A stretch of DNA of 64,000 bases from Piromyces finnis finn (taxonomy: Eukaryota > Fungi > Neocallimastigomycota): NCBI GenBank assembly GCA_002104945.1, contig MCFH01000060.1, forward strand, positions 248,001 to 312,000, read 5' to 3'. Positions 26,501 to 41,775 of this stretch are shown here, piece by piece. A model generated the notes under the pieces. The model made no database searches and was not told the DNA's origin. It worked only from the letters and a program-made list of their open reading frames with translations. The stretch's first letter is position 1; each line of letters opens with the position of its first letter. The position numbers were made by a program, and so were the translations under genes.

Positions 26501-29500
26501 CATTTTATTATTCTCATTAATATTTTATTATTTTATTTCTTTTCTTTTTTTTTTTTTTTTTTTTTTTTGAAATACCTTTATTAATTTCTTTAAAATTTCA
26601 TCCTTATTATCTACATAAGTTAATAGGTAGGTAGAGTGCTTAGCTTGTTCTGGAGTTCCATTAACAGATATAGTATAGAGTTGTTGCGTAATATCTCTAT
26701 TTAATTGACAATCCATAATATTAATAAAAATAGTTTTAATAATAATTTAATTATTGATAATTTTTTTTTTTAATTTATTTAGGGTAAATAAATAAAAGGG
26801 CATATTTACTTGTCATCTTTTGGTAATTTATTTGGATTTAATTTTACTATTTGTGCCAAGGCTTCTAAAGTATTTGTTACTATAAAATATATAGAGTGAT
26901 ATTGAGATTAAAAATTAAAATGATTCATTACAATAAATCAATTTTATTCAATAATTACCTAAATCATTATCCTTTAGATTTGATAAAAGTTTAATATTAT
27001 CTTCATATAGTACAGGCATATTTTCAGTAATATACTATATTATGGATATTATAGAATTAAAAGAAATAGAATTCATGTTAAAAAAAAAAAAAATAATGGG
27101 TATTGAATAAAGTATAATTTTTATTTTGATAAAAAATTGAGTTTATTTAACATATTTACAGTAATTAATTTTTGAGAAGCTTGTTCTCCAATGTTTGAAA
27201 AACCTTTTGTCCATTCAGATAGATATAATTTATTTCTCCAGTAAATAAGTGGTTCTTTTATTCTTTTTATAAGAGGTGAAGTGACATCTTTATTAATAAT
27301 TAAAAGTGAAACCTTATGAAGTAAAATTTTTAATTCTTCAACCAATGGAGCTAATACAGGCCTTTTTAATATTTCTTTCTATAAAATTATATTAAATTAA
27401 AAATATAATAAATATTTTAATTAAAACATCAACGGCAGCAACAACAATTATTATTATATAAATAAAAGAATAATTTGTAAATTTACATAAGAATTTAATA
27501 TTTTTTCATAGGATAATTTTGGATTGTATGTATTTCGTATTAATTCATAACTTCTACGATCATTAAGATTGATAAATGTACGTATTTTTTCATAGGTTTT
27601 CTTTGGATCTGGGAAATGATCTAAATATAATGATAAAATAATTAGAGCATTAGTAAAAGTGATAGGGAAAATTACAATTTTATATCCTTTCGGTAGTATA
27701 TTTTATGGATATCTATCATTTTATATAATAGAATTCAATATTTTTTTTTTTTTTTTTTTACATACTGGATAAGGATTGATTAATTTGATTTAATTGTTCT
27801 TTTACTGGATCAATTTCCGATATATTATCCATAATACCACCCTATAGTGTTATTAATTGAGTAAAAGGGTTAAACCATTTGTTTATTTATTTATTATAAA
27901 GAAAATATTAGAGTGAATTAATAGGAAAAGAATTTAAATGGTTACATTGTAGGTTTCACATAGCTTTAAAAACTTTTCTATGAAGGTAGACCATCTATAT
28001 ATATATTAATATTATAATTAATAATTAAAACTATATAGTAATTTTTTTTTTTTTTTTTTTATTGAAATTATATCATCGAGTATATATAGTAAATGATAAT
28101 AAAATATATTTACGTTTTCTGACGATTTAAAAGAGATATAAATCCAAGGTAACCACGTTCATCTAACGATGATACTATATTAATAATTCTATCAACTCTA
28201 ACAGTATTATTTAATTGTTCTGGGATAAGATATTCCATAAGTAATTGTTCTACCATAACTCTGTAATTTATTGCATCCGGTTGAAATTAATAATATTGAT
28301 TAATGATATTGAATTTAATATATAAATAATAACATATAGATAATGTATATAATATATATAATATTCCAAAATAAAAAAAAATATTGATAGATTAGTTAAC
28401 CACGGAAAAAATAGTATATATTCTAGTCATTTCACATACAAAATATCTTTATCATCGGTATAAATCAATTTTAAAATAGTATTTGGAATCCATCCGAATT
28501 TTTCAAATAATGAAGTTCCTTCGTCAGTAACTCTATTATTATTATATAAATAATAATTAGATTTTTTTTTTTTATTAAAATGATTTTGAAAATACACTAT
28601 TTATTCGTGATGTTACTTTTCTTGGAATATAACGTTATAGTGCATATCATATATTCTACATAAACTTTTTGCTGCTTCTAAACGAACAATATGCTATGGA
28701 TAAACAAAATAAAAAATATAATAATACATATTATACAAATATTGAATAAAAATATTTAAAAGTCATTCTCTTTATATATTTTTCAAAAAAAAAAAAAAAA
28801 AAAATCTAAATAATACATGGGAAAAAATTCCCTACCTTTTTATCTCTACATCTTTCACCAATACAATCTTTAAATAAACTTTCACTAATATACTGTGCTG
28901 TTTTTGGTGTTAATTTACTGATAACTTTCATGGTTTCAACTCTAACTTTTTCATCTGGATCAATTGATCTTTCTTTTATAATATCTACAATTATTTAATT
29001 ATCAATATCATATTATTACAGTATTATATTATTTTAATTATTATTCATTATATATATATATTTATATTTTGATTAAATAATAAAAAATTGCTAAATAATA
29101 AATATTTAAAAATATCAATTTATTATTTTATACTTACTATTTATATCACTTGCTAATTCTCTATGATTCTCTAATATATCATAAATATAATTTATAACTT
29201 TAATTCTAATGGATGATTTTTTATCCTTTGATCTATTTGCATATTAATATAGTATTATTATTTTTCAATTTTTCAAAAGAGAAAATTTTACATTGATTTT
29301 TTTTTTTGGACAAAAAAATTTTTTGATATTATTAATTTTAAAAATTATGGTGAACTATAATATTAATTTATTAAGAGTCGATTATATTTAATAATATTAA
29401 CCTTTCAAGCCAAGCTTCCCATACTTGTGGATACATTTTCGCTAAAGATGAATTTGTATCACAAAACATTTTACCTAGAATATCTGTTGCAGTTTCTCTA

Positions 29501-30730
29501 ACAACTACATTTTCTAACTATTTTTTTAGTATTTTTTTTTGTAATAAAATCAATATTGAGTTAGAATAAGATTAAACTTTTTATTTTTTTTATATCATAG
29601 AAATCTGTTCACAGAGTAATATGATAATAGGCGAATTGATTTTATTTTTAACCAACTTACAGTAAGTTCTTCTTGTAATTGTGGAATAACACTTAATAAA
29701 ACTTCTGGAGATAAATTAAACATTAATAAAATTAAATTATGGGCTTCAATAAATTCATTGATATTTTCTTTTACTTGAGTTGATAAAATAACAGAATTAA
29801 TATACTTTTTTTTTTTTTTTTTGTAAATCATATGTTTGGAATTAATAACAAGTACGAGAAACAAAAAGAATGAATTTAGATTAGGTATTTTGAATAAATT
29901 AAAAGTATGGGGGAAACAAGCATATTGAAATTTAGATATCAGTAAAATTTTATTTTTATTATTCAAAAATTAGATTATAGATATTTATTAATTGATTTTA
30001 TGTAATAATAATTACTTGACAAACATAACGCTGTAGCTTTTCTGGTTGATTACAACATAAATTTACAGCCAAAGTTCTCGCAGCAATATTTTCATTCTTT
30101 TTAATATTTAATATAAATTCAATTATGGATTATTATATAAATATTGTATGTTTAGTTCTATTGACCATTTCTGTTTGTTGTAAAAGATAAATTATTTATT
30201 TTTTTATTTATAATCTATATATACCTGTTTATAATTATCTAAAATAATATTTATGCATTCGGTTGGTAAGTGTTCTGCTTCTTCTATAACTTGTTCTAAG
30301 ATGTCTAAAAGGCAAACATGAATATTTTTGGATTGTTCAGGTCTAATATAATTTATTTTATGGTTAGAAAAAAAAAATAAATGGAATTAAATATAATAGT
30401 TATTTATCAAAAAAAGGCATATAAATGGGTATTTTAATTATTATTTTAATAATTATTGAAAATTTAGAAATTTTAATAGTTACTGAATTGTTTGAAAGAT
30501 AGTTTTTGTAAAGTTGTTCACTAAATCATCTGTATCCTTTAATTGTGATATTAAACATAAACATTTCACATTGGCTAAACTTTCTAATAAATAAAAATAT
30601 TGTTTGAAATGTGGTCCGTTTAATACAGTAAGATTGCTTAATTGTTTGTAAAAAAATTCAAAAACATCCTATTTTACCCGAAATATTTTATTTTTAATTT
30701 AAAATAGTATAATTTTTATGTAAGTTATTT

Positions 30731-30766
<36 letters not shown>

Positions 30767-31282
30767 CCAGTATTAGACATGTTCTTTATATATATATATA
30801 CGTATTTTAATTATTACCATAATTTCATTTGTGTTAAATGGAGCTTCTGGTGCAAAAATACGAAATATATCCGCAAGACAACAGGCAGTGTAAATTTTAA
30901 TGGCTTTATAACGATTCATCATAAGAGTCGGTGATAAAAGACTATTTTTAACAGATAAAAATTTATCTTTTTCATCACTTCCTTGTTCAATATTACTAAG
31001 TTCATTGTGTAAAGCCTTTTTTTTTAAAAATAAAATTGAATTATGACATGTAAATATTATGAATGGTGAATATTAAATTTAATAGTTATATATATATAAT
31101 TATTATCATTAGCTTCATACATATATTAATATATACAATAATAAATTATTCTAATAAAAAACAGGGTCAATTACTTGTAATTTTTCTAAAATGTCTTTTA
31201 CAGAAGGATTTTTTTCGGAAAGAACTTTTTCCAATTCATTTGTTGTCTTTCTTTTTTTCTGTGTTCTCCGTTTTACTGTCAT
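23580..31282 (-). CDS. PDS5: Sister chromatid cohesion protein Pds5, multi-exon (not all internal exons mapped)
   Basis: Exon 1 MTVKRRTQ...LEKLQ|GT at 31282. Later exons: KIYTACCLADIFRIFAPEAPFN, VLLSVIPQLQEEL, VVRETATDILGKMF...VWEAWLER, RLKAGQCLLSLAK...QDPCAEIRESFSKKL and an acidic tail. The last exon SPAISTRITRSKSRKL* ends at 23580. Junctions checked are GT-AG. Confidence 0.93.
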
Positions 31283-32534
31283 TTCTGAAAAAAATTGAAT
31301 TGTATATGTATATTATATGTAATAAAAATATAGCGTAGTAATATACCGTTAATATAGGATTTATTAATATTTTAAATTTTTAATTTACAATGCTATATTA
31401 AAAATTATAAGATAATAAATTATAGAAGAAAAGAAAGAAAAAAAAAAAAATAAAAATAAATATCATACAACTTTTAAATAAAGATCTATTTTCTTTTTTA
31501 TAACTTTATAGAAATAAAATAAAAATTAAAGGGGTATACTATAAAGTTTCAAATATTTTTTATAATAAATTCTAATTATATGAAGGCAGTCAAGTGAATT
31601 TAATAGATAGTAGTAATTGAATAATAATAATAATAATAATAAAATAAGATATATTTTCTATTATAAAAGCCCTCTTTCACTGAAATCTCTTTTGATTTTC
31701 TACTTTTTTTTTTTTAAAAAAAAATAAAAATAAAAATGAAATATATATATATATATTTTCATGATATTATTCATTTTATATATCATAAAACTACTTTTTA
31801 TTTTCAATGATTAAACTAGTTGACTTTTTTTTTTTTAATAAAAAATTAAACTAACTTACTCTCTATTTTATTATAATGAATAATTTCAATAAATAAGGGA
31901 TTCTTTTTTGAAATTAAAACTAAAATTTATATAAAAATTAGGTAAAAAAAAAAAAGCTTCGCACTTTTTTCTTTTTGCTATTATTTTATTATATTTTTAT
32001 AGTAAAATTTAATTTCATATAATTTTTAAAAAGATTAAATCATTATTTAAAAAAATTATGCTCAATACTTTGGTCTATACTTCATAATATATTATTGAAT
32101 ATATTGTTAATATATGATCTAATAGAATTTTTGCAAGTTCAATTGTCCTTTTTCAATTTCAAAAAAAATGACGCCTTGGAAAAATTGATGATATCATTCA
32201 CTTTTTTTTTAAATTTAAAAAACACACCAACAAACAATCAAATAACAACAACAGCAGCATGACCTAATTTCAATTTAAATTAGGCAAAATAAAAAGTGAA
32301 ATTTAATAAATTGTCACTTTTTAAACATTTAATTATTTTTTTATAAATAATTTTATTTATTCTTTTTTTTTTATTCTTTTTTATATTATTTTCTATTTGA
32401 TATATATGCTGTTGAAAATTATATATAAATAAAATTTATATATAATTCATTTTTTAAAGATTAATATAATTTATCATTATTTTTTTTTAATACAAGGTTT
32501 GGAATTGAGAAACGTAAAAAAAGGGTTAAATAAT

Positions 32535-33620
32535 TTATTCTTTCTTTTCTTCCTTCTTTTCTTCTTCCTTCTTTTCTTCCTTTTCTAATTCAGTGTTCAT
32601 TTTTTGAGCTTCTTCAAATTGAGCCTTGAACTTGTTGGCGTTTTCACTGTTAGCGAAACGAATAGCTAAAGTTTCTTGCTTAGCTTCTTCTTCAGCGAAA
32701 TCAGCAACAACACTCCAAACCCAGGAACGGTCAGAACCAACATTAGCGTTAAGCTTCATGTCAGCAGTAATGTAGTGGTTACAGCAGAGCTTTAAGGTCT
32801 TATCACGTCTCATGATTAAACGAACCTTACCACTTTCCTTGTGCTTAAGGAACTTAACATCACCAGTACCACGTTCCTTCCATTCGTTAGTGTTCTTTTC
32901 GAATCTGAATAACTTGGCACGCCTTATTACGTGATATTCAATTGATTTATTAATTATTTATTATATATTGATGTTACAATCCATTTATAATTAATTTATT
33001 TATATATATACAATAATAGATAAATATAGAAAAAAAATTTATTATATAATGATTAATTAAAAAAAGGTCAACATAAATTTCTATTTATTGTTTATTTCTA
33101 ATCAATTTTTAAATTTTATTTGTTATAAAATTAATTACATTTTGAAGAGAACTTCTTCTTCTTCTTCTAAGGTCTTGATTTCCTTTAATTGTTCAAGCTT
33201 GCAAACTGGTTCAAAGTGAACATCTGGGGAAGCAACAACTTCTTCGGTATTCTATTGGTTATATAAATAATTTAGATTTTTTTAAAAAAAAAAATTGATT
33301 AAAATAGAATTTTTAATATTTTAATTTCATTATAAATAAATTTTTCAATTATTTTTTATTCTCTATATTACATATGAATATATAATAGAGTTATTTAAAA
33401 TAACAACTTTTTATTATTGCTATCAATTGAAGAAATAATAACAAATAGATTGGATAATTTTTTTCTTTTTAATTTTTTGAAATGAACAATTCTAATTTCA
33501 TTTTTTAAAGTCATCCTTTTTTACTTTTTACTTTCTATTCTTTGATTCTATGTGAACACACAAAGTTTTTTTTTTTTTTTTACGTTCTTATGTTTTATTT
33601 ACCTTAGTAGCGTCAGTCAT
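32535..33620 (-). CDS. YRB1: Ran-binding protein 1 (RanBD), three exons: 33620-33603, 33251-33139, 32922-32535
   Basis: Spliced protein MTDATK|[38 protein letters not shown]|[28 protein letters not shown]...[14 protein letters not shown]...GSDRSWVW...[11 protein letters not shown]. Canonical GT/AG sites, frame preserved. Confidence 0.96.
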
Positions 33621-34184
33621 TTTCAATCAATAATAATCTTTAAAAAAAATTTTTATTGCAGTAAGTAAAAAAAAAAAAAAAAAAATTTTTTTGAATTTTT
33701 TTTTTATATATATATTTACAAAAAAAATTATTTTTTTTATACAAATAATTATTCAAATATATTCTAATATATTAAATCAATATAATAATTTTAATATAAT
33801 TCATTAAAGTATTTTTTTTACAATATCCTATTATTCATATATTATTAATTAATATAATAATATAATTTAATAAATTAAAAGAAATTGAAAGAAAATTAAT
33901 AGCCAATCATTTAATCCATATTAAATAAAGAAAAATGTAGTTAAAGATTTATAATTTTTTGCCTAAATTTAGGCTAACTTATTTTGCATTGTAGTAGTAA
34001 AAGTCATACTATGAAATACGTAGTGTAATATACGTAATGTACGTAATTAATAGTTATAAAAAAACTATTTTTTAAACTTTTATAGGTAAATGTGGATGAT
34101 TCACTTTGATATTAATTATTAGAATAACTTTTGATTTACTATTAAATGCTTCATACTCTTAATTATTACTAATATATTATTTAT

Positions 34185-34450
<266 letters not shown>

Positions 34451-37216
34451 TATTACATTAATTCTTATTTCCATAGCAATTGAATTGATATTGTTGCCTT
34501 TCTAGTTAAATATACTTTAAATTATCATGGAAATATGGGATAAAATAGTTATTATGCTCATTTTGTTAATACTTATTGTTATAATATTATAGAAAATAAT
34601 ACTATTAAAAGTGAGGTAATTACTATTATTGTTTTAAACTGAGTCTCTACTTTTAATATTAAGAAAATAGGAAATTAATACAAAAAAAGGGACCATTTAA
34701 TTATTATGATTTTATTAAATAATATATATTTATAGACTTATATCTATTGGTTTTGTTTTCTAGTTAATATTAAGTATATATTAGAATATTAATACTTGTT
34801 ATATATTAATAAAATCTTTAAATATAATATTATTTATATATTTAAATTCTTTAGGTTTTCAAAATGTGTTATCCATAATATGAAATGAAAACTCTGTATA
34901 CAAAAATATATAGCAAAAAAAAAAATATTCCTTTTTTTTCTTTTAATAATACTATATAAAAACTTTTATAACTCCTAAATGATTAATATTTAGTTTTTGC
35001 TCATTAATTTTATTAATGGCATGATAATAATAAAAATAGAAAATATAAAATTTACTTTTTAAATAGATAGAAAGAACTGAATAAATAATTATTACTTGGA
35101 TTATAGTTTTAATTATAAATATTAAAAACTTGTTTTAAATGGAATAATAAACCAAAATAGTTTTTATTGTTGTATATGCAATCATGAATTAATTATTATT
35201 TATTTTACTTATAAAACTATTTTATTAAAATTTTTTTTCAAGTTATTTGTTATTAAAAAATATTTCACCATGATATATATATATATATTGAAATAACCAA
35301 TGCCGAATGTATGTTTAACATCAATGAGTTAATAAGCAGTTTTAAATTAAATTTGTTAATTATTTTATATTATTCTTTATTTGTCAAAAAAAAAAAAAAA
35401 AAAAAGTATTTAAAAGTCTTTTTTTTTTTAATATTAAAATTAATCAGAATAATTAATATTATTAATAAAAATACATTTTACTATTTTTCAATATTTATTA
35501 AAAGTTAAAATATATTATTTATACAAATTTTATTATTAATTGATTATAAATATCATATAGAAATAGAGAAATAGATATACTTGCATAAAAGAAAAAAAAG
35601 AAAAGAATGAAAACCTTTATTATTAAAACTTTTTTTTTTTTAAATATTTTAATTTGTGTAACAAAAAGATTTAAAGTTTTTTAAAAGAAATTCTTTCAAT
35701 CTTCTTCTTGTTAATAATAAAAATGCTTTTTTTTTTTTTTTTTTTAGAATGTGGATTGTGTGTATATTGGAGTTTTTTCTTTTTTTTTTATTCTTATTTG
35801 TAAAATAATCACTTTGTTTTTATTAAATGATATACTATACCATTTTTTTTTATTTATTTTAATTAGTATTATAAAAATAATAAACTAATAAACTATTTAT
35901 AATAATAATCATCAAATTGTTCTTTTTTTTTTTTTTGCACATTACATATTCATAATTTATTTTTTTATGTAATTTTATGTATACAAATTTGTCAAAATAC
36001 ATATAAATATTTGTTTTTGGATTATTAGTATTATGTTGATTTTGATATTAATAAAGAGCTATGAATGTTTAAACTTTATAATCTACAATGCTTTTATTGA
36101 TTTTATATTACCTTTATAATATATAAACCTTTTTTTTTAAGAGTATATTATATTATATTATATATTTATACATTTTTTTTTTTTTGCTTTAATGATAGTT
36201 CATTAAAAATGTTTATTTTTTTTTATAAATTAATAGAATTATCCTAAAAGTTTCTGAAAATATTTATTTCTCATCTTCTTTTTTTTTTTTTTTACTATTA
36301 CGTAAGAGTTAATGTAATGATGATGATAGCTTTTGACTATTTTCCAATGAATATATTTAATTGGAGAGGAATTCCATTTTAAAGAAATCTTATCATTTAT
36401 GTGTTTACATATTAAATGCATTAAATGTATGGTTCACCTTTTTTTACTAGAAAATAAATGAATATATAAATAAACAAACAAATAAATAAATATAAATAAA
36501 TGAATGAATGAATATATAAATAAATTTTATTATATCTTGGCAACCAATTAAAATACGGAATAATTAAATGTGGAACTGAAAATATTAAGATTGATGAGAT
36601 ATTACAATTAGTAAATAGTAATTTTTCTTTCTTTTTTCAACTTTGTCTAGGTAAAAAATGACCTTTTGAATATCATTGATAATCATTCTTTTTTTTTTTT
36701 CTTTCTTATTTTATTTTTGGTTTAAAAAAAAAAAAAAGAAAAAAATTAATTATTTTTTATCAATTTAATCAATTTTTTATTTTTTTATTTGGTTGGCGGA
36801 TCTCTAGTTAAATTAAAAATTTATGTAGAATAATTTTTTTTTTTTCTTTATTTATCTATTCTTTTCAACGTCAATAGTGTTAAGATAAAAAAAAGGTAAA
36901 AATTTTGTTAATACCTACGCAAATTGATATTATTATTTTTTTTTAAAAAAAAGCAATACCTAACAAAGTAATAGTAATAAATAAACGGTGATAAGTAATA
37001 TTTTATTTTAAAAGCTATAATTTATAATAATTATATTCAATTGCAATTTTAGATTACTTTTTTCAAGTCAACCTTCATTTCAATTATAATTTTTAAATAT
37101 TTAAACTTTTATAAAAAGTTTTAAATAAATACTTATATCTACTAGTAAATTTTAAATAATTTCATTTTTCAAATTGGAAAAAAAATATTTTAAATTTAAA
37201 AAAAAATATAAAAAAT

Positions 37217-39243
37217 ATGAAAATTTTTGAAATAGCTTTTATTTTCTTGGCAGTAGTTTCTTCTGTTACTTCTAAAAAATGTGGTAAAGATATTGGTAAA
37301 TGTTCTAATGGTCAATGTTGTAGTAAAAAGGGTTATTGCGGCTCAACTTCTGCTTATTGTGGTATTGGATGTCAATCCGAATTTGGTAGATGTGACAGTG
37401 GTAAGGTAATATCAACTGATACTAAATGTGGTAAAATGGGTAGTGTTAATTACATATGCCCAAATAGCCAATGTTGTAGTCAAAAAGGATATTGTGGTAC
37501 TACTTCTGCTTATTGTGGTGTTGGATGTCAATCTGAATTTGGTAGATGTGACAGTGGTAAGGTAGTATCAACTGATACTAAATGTGGTAGAAAGGGTAGT
37601 GTTGATTACATATGCCCAAATAGTCAATGTTGTAGTCAAAAAGGATATTGTGGTACTACTTCTGCTTATTGTGGTGTTGGATGTCAATCTGAATTTGGTA
37701 GATGTGACAGTGGTAAGGCAATATCAACTGATACTAAATGTGGTAGAAAGGGTAGTGTTGATTACATATGCCCAAATAGCCAATGTTGTAGTCAAAAAGG
37801 ATATTGTGGTACTACTTCTGCTTATTGTGGTGTTGGATGTCAATCTGAATTTGGTAAATGTAATAGTGTTAAGGTTACATCAACTGATTACACCTGTGGT
37901 AGAAAGAATAACGTTGACTATATTTGCCCAAACAGTCAATGTTGTAGTAAATATGGTTATTGTGGCACCACTTCTGACTATTGTGGTACTGGATGTCAAT
38001 CTGGATTCGGTAAATGTGAAGAACCTTCATCTTCTTCAACCTCGTTTAAATTAGCTATTATTGGTGATAGGTAATATCTTTATTGCCCTTATAACTATTA
38101 TTATATATACATTAATAAATAATATTATTGTATTAACCAATTTTTAAATGTATTGTTTTATTAAAAAAAATTAATTAATAATCAAAAAATAATGAATAGT
38201 GGTGTTACAAAGGAAGCAAAAGAAGTCATGGGACTTGCCAGTTTCAACGCTTTATTATATCTTGGAGACTATGATTATGAATGTAATCCAAATAACTATT
38301 TTACTGACATTTTAGATGTTAACCGTAAATATCAATTTATGGGTGTATTAGGTAATCATGAAGGTGCTAATGAATGTGGTGAAGAAGTAGCTAAACAATT
38401 TAAGGCAAATGTAATTAATGAAATGACCAGTAGCAAGAATAGTAATGTTAAATGTGAATTCTCTTCAACAAAATATATGTGGTCTTGTAAATACAATAAT
38501 ATGGTTTGTTTTTATTAATAAATAAATTACAAATGTTTAATATATTCAATATACACTATAATCTAATCTTAAAATATTTCTTGTATACTTCTAATTCTTT
38601 TTATATATTCTAACTCTTTTCTTTTATACACCTTTTTTTTCTTTAGAGAGTTATTGGTTTAAACCCTGGAATTGAAAATGCTGATAGTAGAAAGGATCAA
38701 CTTGCCTTTTTAAAGAAACATTTAGGTGAATCTAAAGAAGATTGGAAAATTTGTTCATGGCATTTTTATGATATGGGTTATCATACTGGTAAATATAGTG
38801 ATGAAGAAAATGGAAATATTGTTTCAAGAGATGGTGAAAGTTTTTATGATTATTGTAGAGAACAAGGTGCTATTATCTTTAGTGCTCATGATCATGTTTA
38901 TGCTAGAACTCATGTTATGTCCAATTTCAAAAGTAGAATTATTGATGAAAAGGATAAAAATTCTGATGGTAAAAATGTTGAAATTCGTAAAGGAGCTACT
39001 ATCAATATTTTAAATGGCGTTGGTGGTTGGGAAGTCTATGATGAACAAGGTGAACAAGCTAAATACCCACATTGGCAAAAGAAATATGCTAGAGGTACAA
39101 GTGCTGAAAATGCTAAAAAGTATGGAGGTGTATTTTGTGATTTCAATTACGGTGGTAATTCAAAGAAAGCTTATTGTCAAATGTTAAGAATCAATTCAGA
39201 ATCTAAAGTTTTTGATTCTTTTTACATTAATAGAAATGATTAA
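37217..39243 (+). CDS. Secreted protein: 5 x CBM18 (hevein-like chitin-binding) domains plus a purple-acid-phosphatase-type metallophosphoesterase. Exons 37217-38070, 38200-38503, 38647-39243.
   Basis: Signal peptide and five CG...C...CCS..GYCG.....CG.GCQS.FG.C repeats. After splicing the motifs GDSG, GDYDY, GNHE, SWH and AHDH appear. GT-AG introns restore the frame. Confidence 0.92.
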
Positions 39244-39964
39244 AGTTAAAATAGCATAATATATATATAAATCATTTTTTTTTAATAATGAATCATTCTT
39301 GATAAATCTATTTTATATTTTTATTCATAAATAATAATAATTTATACTATTTAAAGGAATATCTATATATTACTAAATATAAATAATGTTACAATAAAGT
39401 ATATCATAGAGTTTTATGATTATATTTAATACTATTATTTTTTATTCTTTATTTTATTTTTTTTTTCTCTCTATAATTTAATAAATTATTTAAAATTAAT
39501 AAAAAAAAAAAATAAAATTGTTTAATTTTATTGAAATTTCACATCCGAAGAGTTTTGACTAATTTTATGCTATAAATTAAATATATATATATGTGTTTAT
39601 ATAATATTTTGGTTTAAATTTTTAAAAAAAGTGGATCATCCATAAAATATATTTATAAAAATTTGAATATTTAAATTTTATTATTTTAATTGGCAATGAA
39701 GAATTATTATCGTCATATTTATTATTAATATTTTAAATATATTATAATATATTATATTTTAAATGCTTTCTTTTTTTTTTTTTTAACAAATATACAAAAA
39801 TAAAAAATCATTTATTATTAATAAATAAAAGAAAAATTAATATTAAATATTTTAATTTATTTTTAATTCTAAAAAGAATTTATGTATTTTGTATTAATAA
39901 TAGAAATTTTATAAAATTTCTATTTTTCAATTATAAAAATTTCCAAAAAAAAAAAATAAGAGGT

Positions 39965-41775
39965 TTAATAATACAAAATTGTTTGTTGGTTGTTTGGAGT
40001 TGTATTATAAATTGGAATGTTTTGATTTTCATTGTAATATTGGTTAGATTCAATGGATAATAAATTAATTTCATTACTTGGATAGGAAGAAAAAGTATTC
40101 ATTGAAGTTTCATTACTTGGAATTGTTGGAGTAAAGACATCATCATTACTTGAAACTATTGGAGTGAACATAGTTTCATTACTTGGAATTGTTGGTGTTA
40201 TGATTATTTCATCATTTGGGGTCAATGGTGATAAAGATGAATAGGAAGATGATGGAGAAAGTGAAGGTTCGGAAATTATTGGAGATAAAGAAAAAATGTT
40301 ATTATTGTTGCCGCTACTGTTAATTAATAAAAATTGATCATTATTTTCATATTGATCATCAATTTTATATTGATTAATTTCAATATTTTCATTAATATTT
40401 TTACAAATATTATCATTCGATGGAATGATTACTAATTGAGATGAAATTTCAGGAATATAAGATGAATCTTTTGGTGATATTAAATAAGTAGTTCTAGTTA
40501 AATAAGTAGTTCTAGTTTCATTATTATTGTATTTATTGCAGTTATTGTAGTTATTGCAGTTATTGTAGTTATTGCAGTTATTGCAATTATTGTTTTCATT
40601 TTGAATTTCATTTTGATTATGATGATCATATGAATTTGAATTTTTTCTTTTAATATTTATTGGTTTTAATTGGCTTTGTTTTGACTTTTTTGAATGTTCT
40701 TTAATGGTCATTTCAATTTTATTCATGATTGATTCTTCATAATGACATATATGAGAATATTTCTTGTCTTTACAAAGTTCATTCCAAATTCTAGAAACCA
40801 AAGTACTTGTAATCAAATCGACATTGTTATTCACCCTCTTAAGAATCATTCCCCATAAAAGTTTTATTTGTTGAGTAGTTTTAGCATATTTATTTAAAGA
40901 TCTGCATAAACGTTCATAATCTTGAATTATTTTGAAATTTCATATTAGTATTTATTCATTTTATTTAAATATTTATATTTATATATATTTATATTTATAT
41001 ATATATTTAATAATAAAATAATGTTTATTTAATATACATATAATATACATACTTGGTTGAATTTTAAATTCTTCAAGTTGATCAATAAGTTTTGCACAAA
41101 GTAAATAACGATAGGCTTGAGTTATATAAATTATAATATAATAAATAAAATATAATAAAATATAATAAAATATAATATTATTAATTATATAAAATATTTA
41201 ATAATTTATATATACTTTATACCATTTTATATTTTATATTTTTTATTTTTACTTACTTTGAAATATTCCATTTTGATTTTACATAATCATCAAGATTATA
41301 ACCTTGATTTAGATATTCTTTTGAATTTAAAGATTGATGGATTTCGTTAATATATCTTTTAAATTCTTCTTGCTTTAAAAGATATGCATTAAGTGGACTA
41401 AAATTTTTGAATTTCGATTATTATTCATTAATATAAAGAATATATTGATAGAATAAAAATGATAAAAATAATAATAATGATAAAAATAATAAAAATTATA
41501 TTATATATAGATATATATAGATAGAATAAAAAAATAATATAATTATGTTAGAAATAATATAATTAAATAAATAAACATTTATTTATAAATATTTATAATA
41601 TTATTAGATCTACTATAATTGATAATTGATAATTGAAATGTGATGAATAATGAATAAATAATCGTAGATGATAAATATTAAATGTTGAATGATATTAAAT
41701 GTTGAATGATGAATAATGAATAATGGATGATAATACTTATAATACTTACTTTTCTAAAGAGCAAAGATCATTCAT
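39965..41775 (-). CDS. Four-exon lineage-specific gene, copy 1 (putative HTH-like N-terminal domain, low-complexity tail)
   Basis: Inverted near-identical copy of 47005-48736. The last-exon ORF 39965-40849 is intact and upstream exons are conserved with splice sites. The 5' exon is uncertain. Confidence 0.7.

Noticed and set aside
29595-29966. ORF-track proteins in 23733-31338 as separate genes
   Set aside because: They are exon-plus-intron read-throughs or antisense frames of the single PDS5 gene.
33960-34050. GCCTAAATTTAGGC palindrome and three TACGTA sites upstream of YRB1
   Set aside because: Plausible ordinary promoter elements, too short to support a specific call.
39965-40849. Calling the triplicated protein an HMG-box factor from the SRIWNEL helix
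   Set aside because: The spliced upstream exons do not supply HMG helices 1-2 (no PxRPxNAF-type pattern in register).
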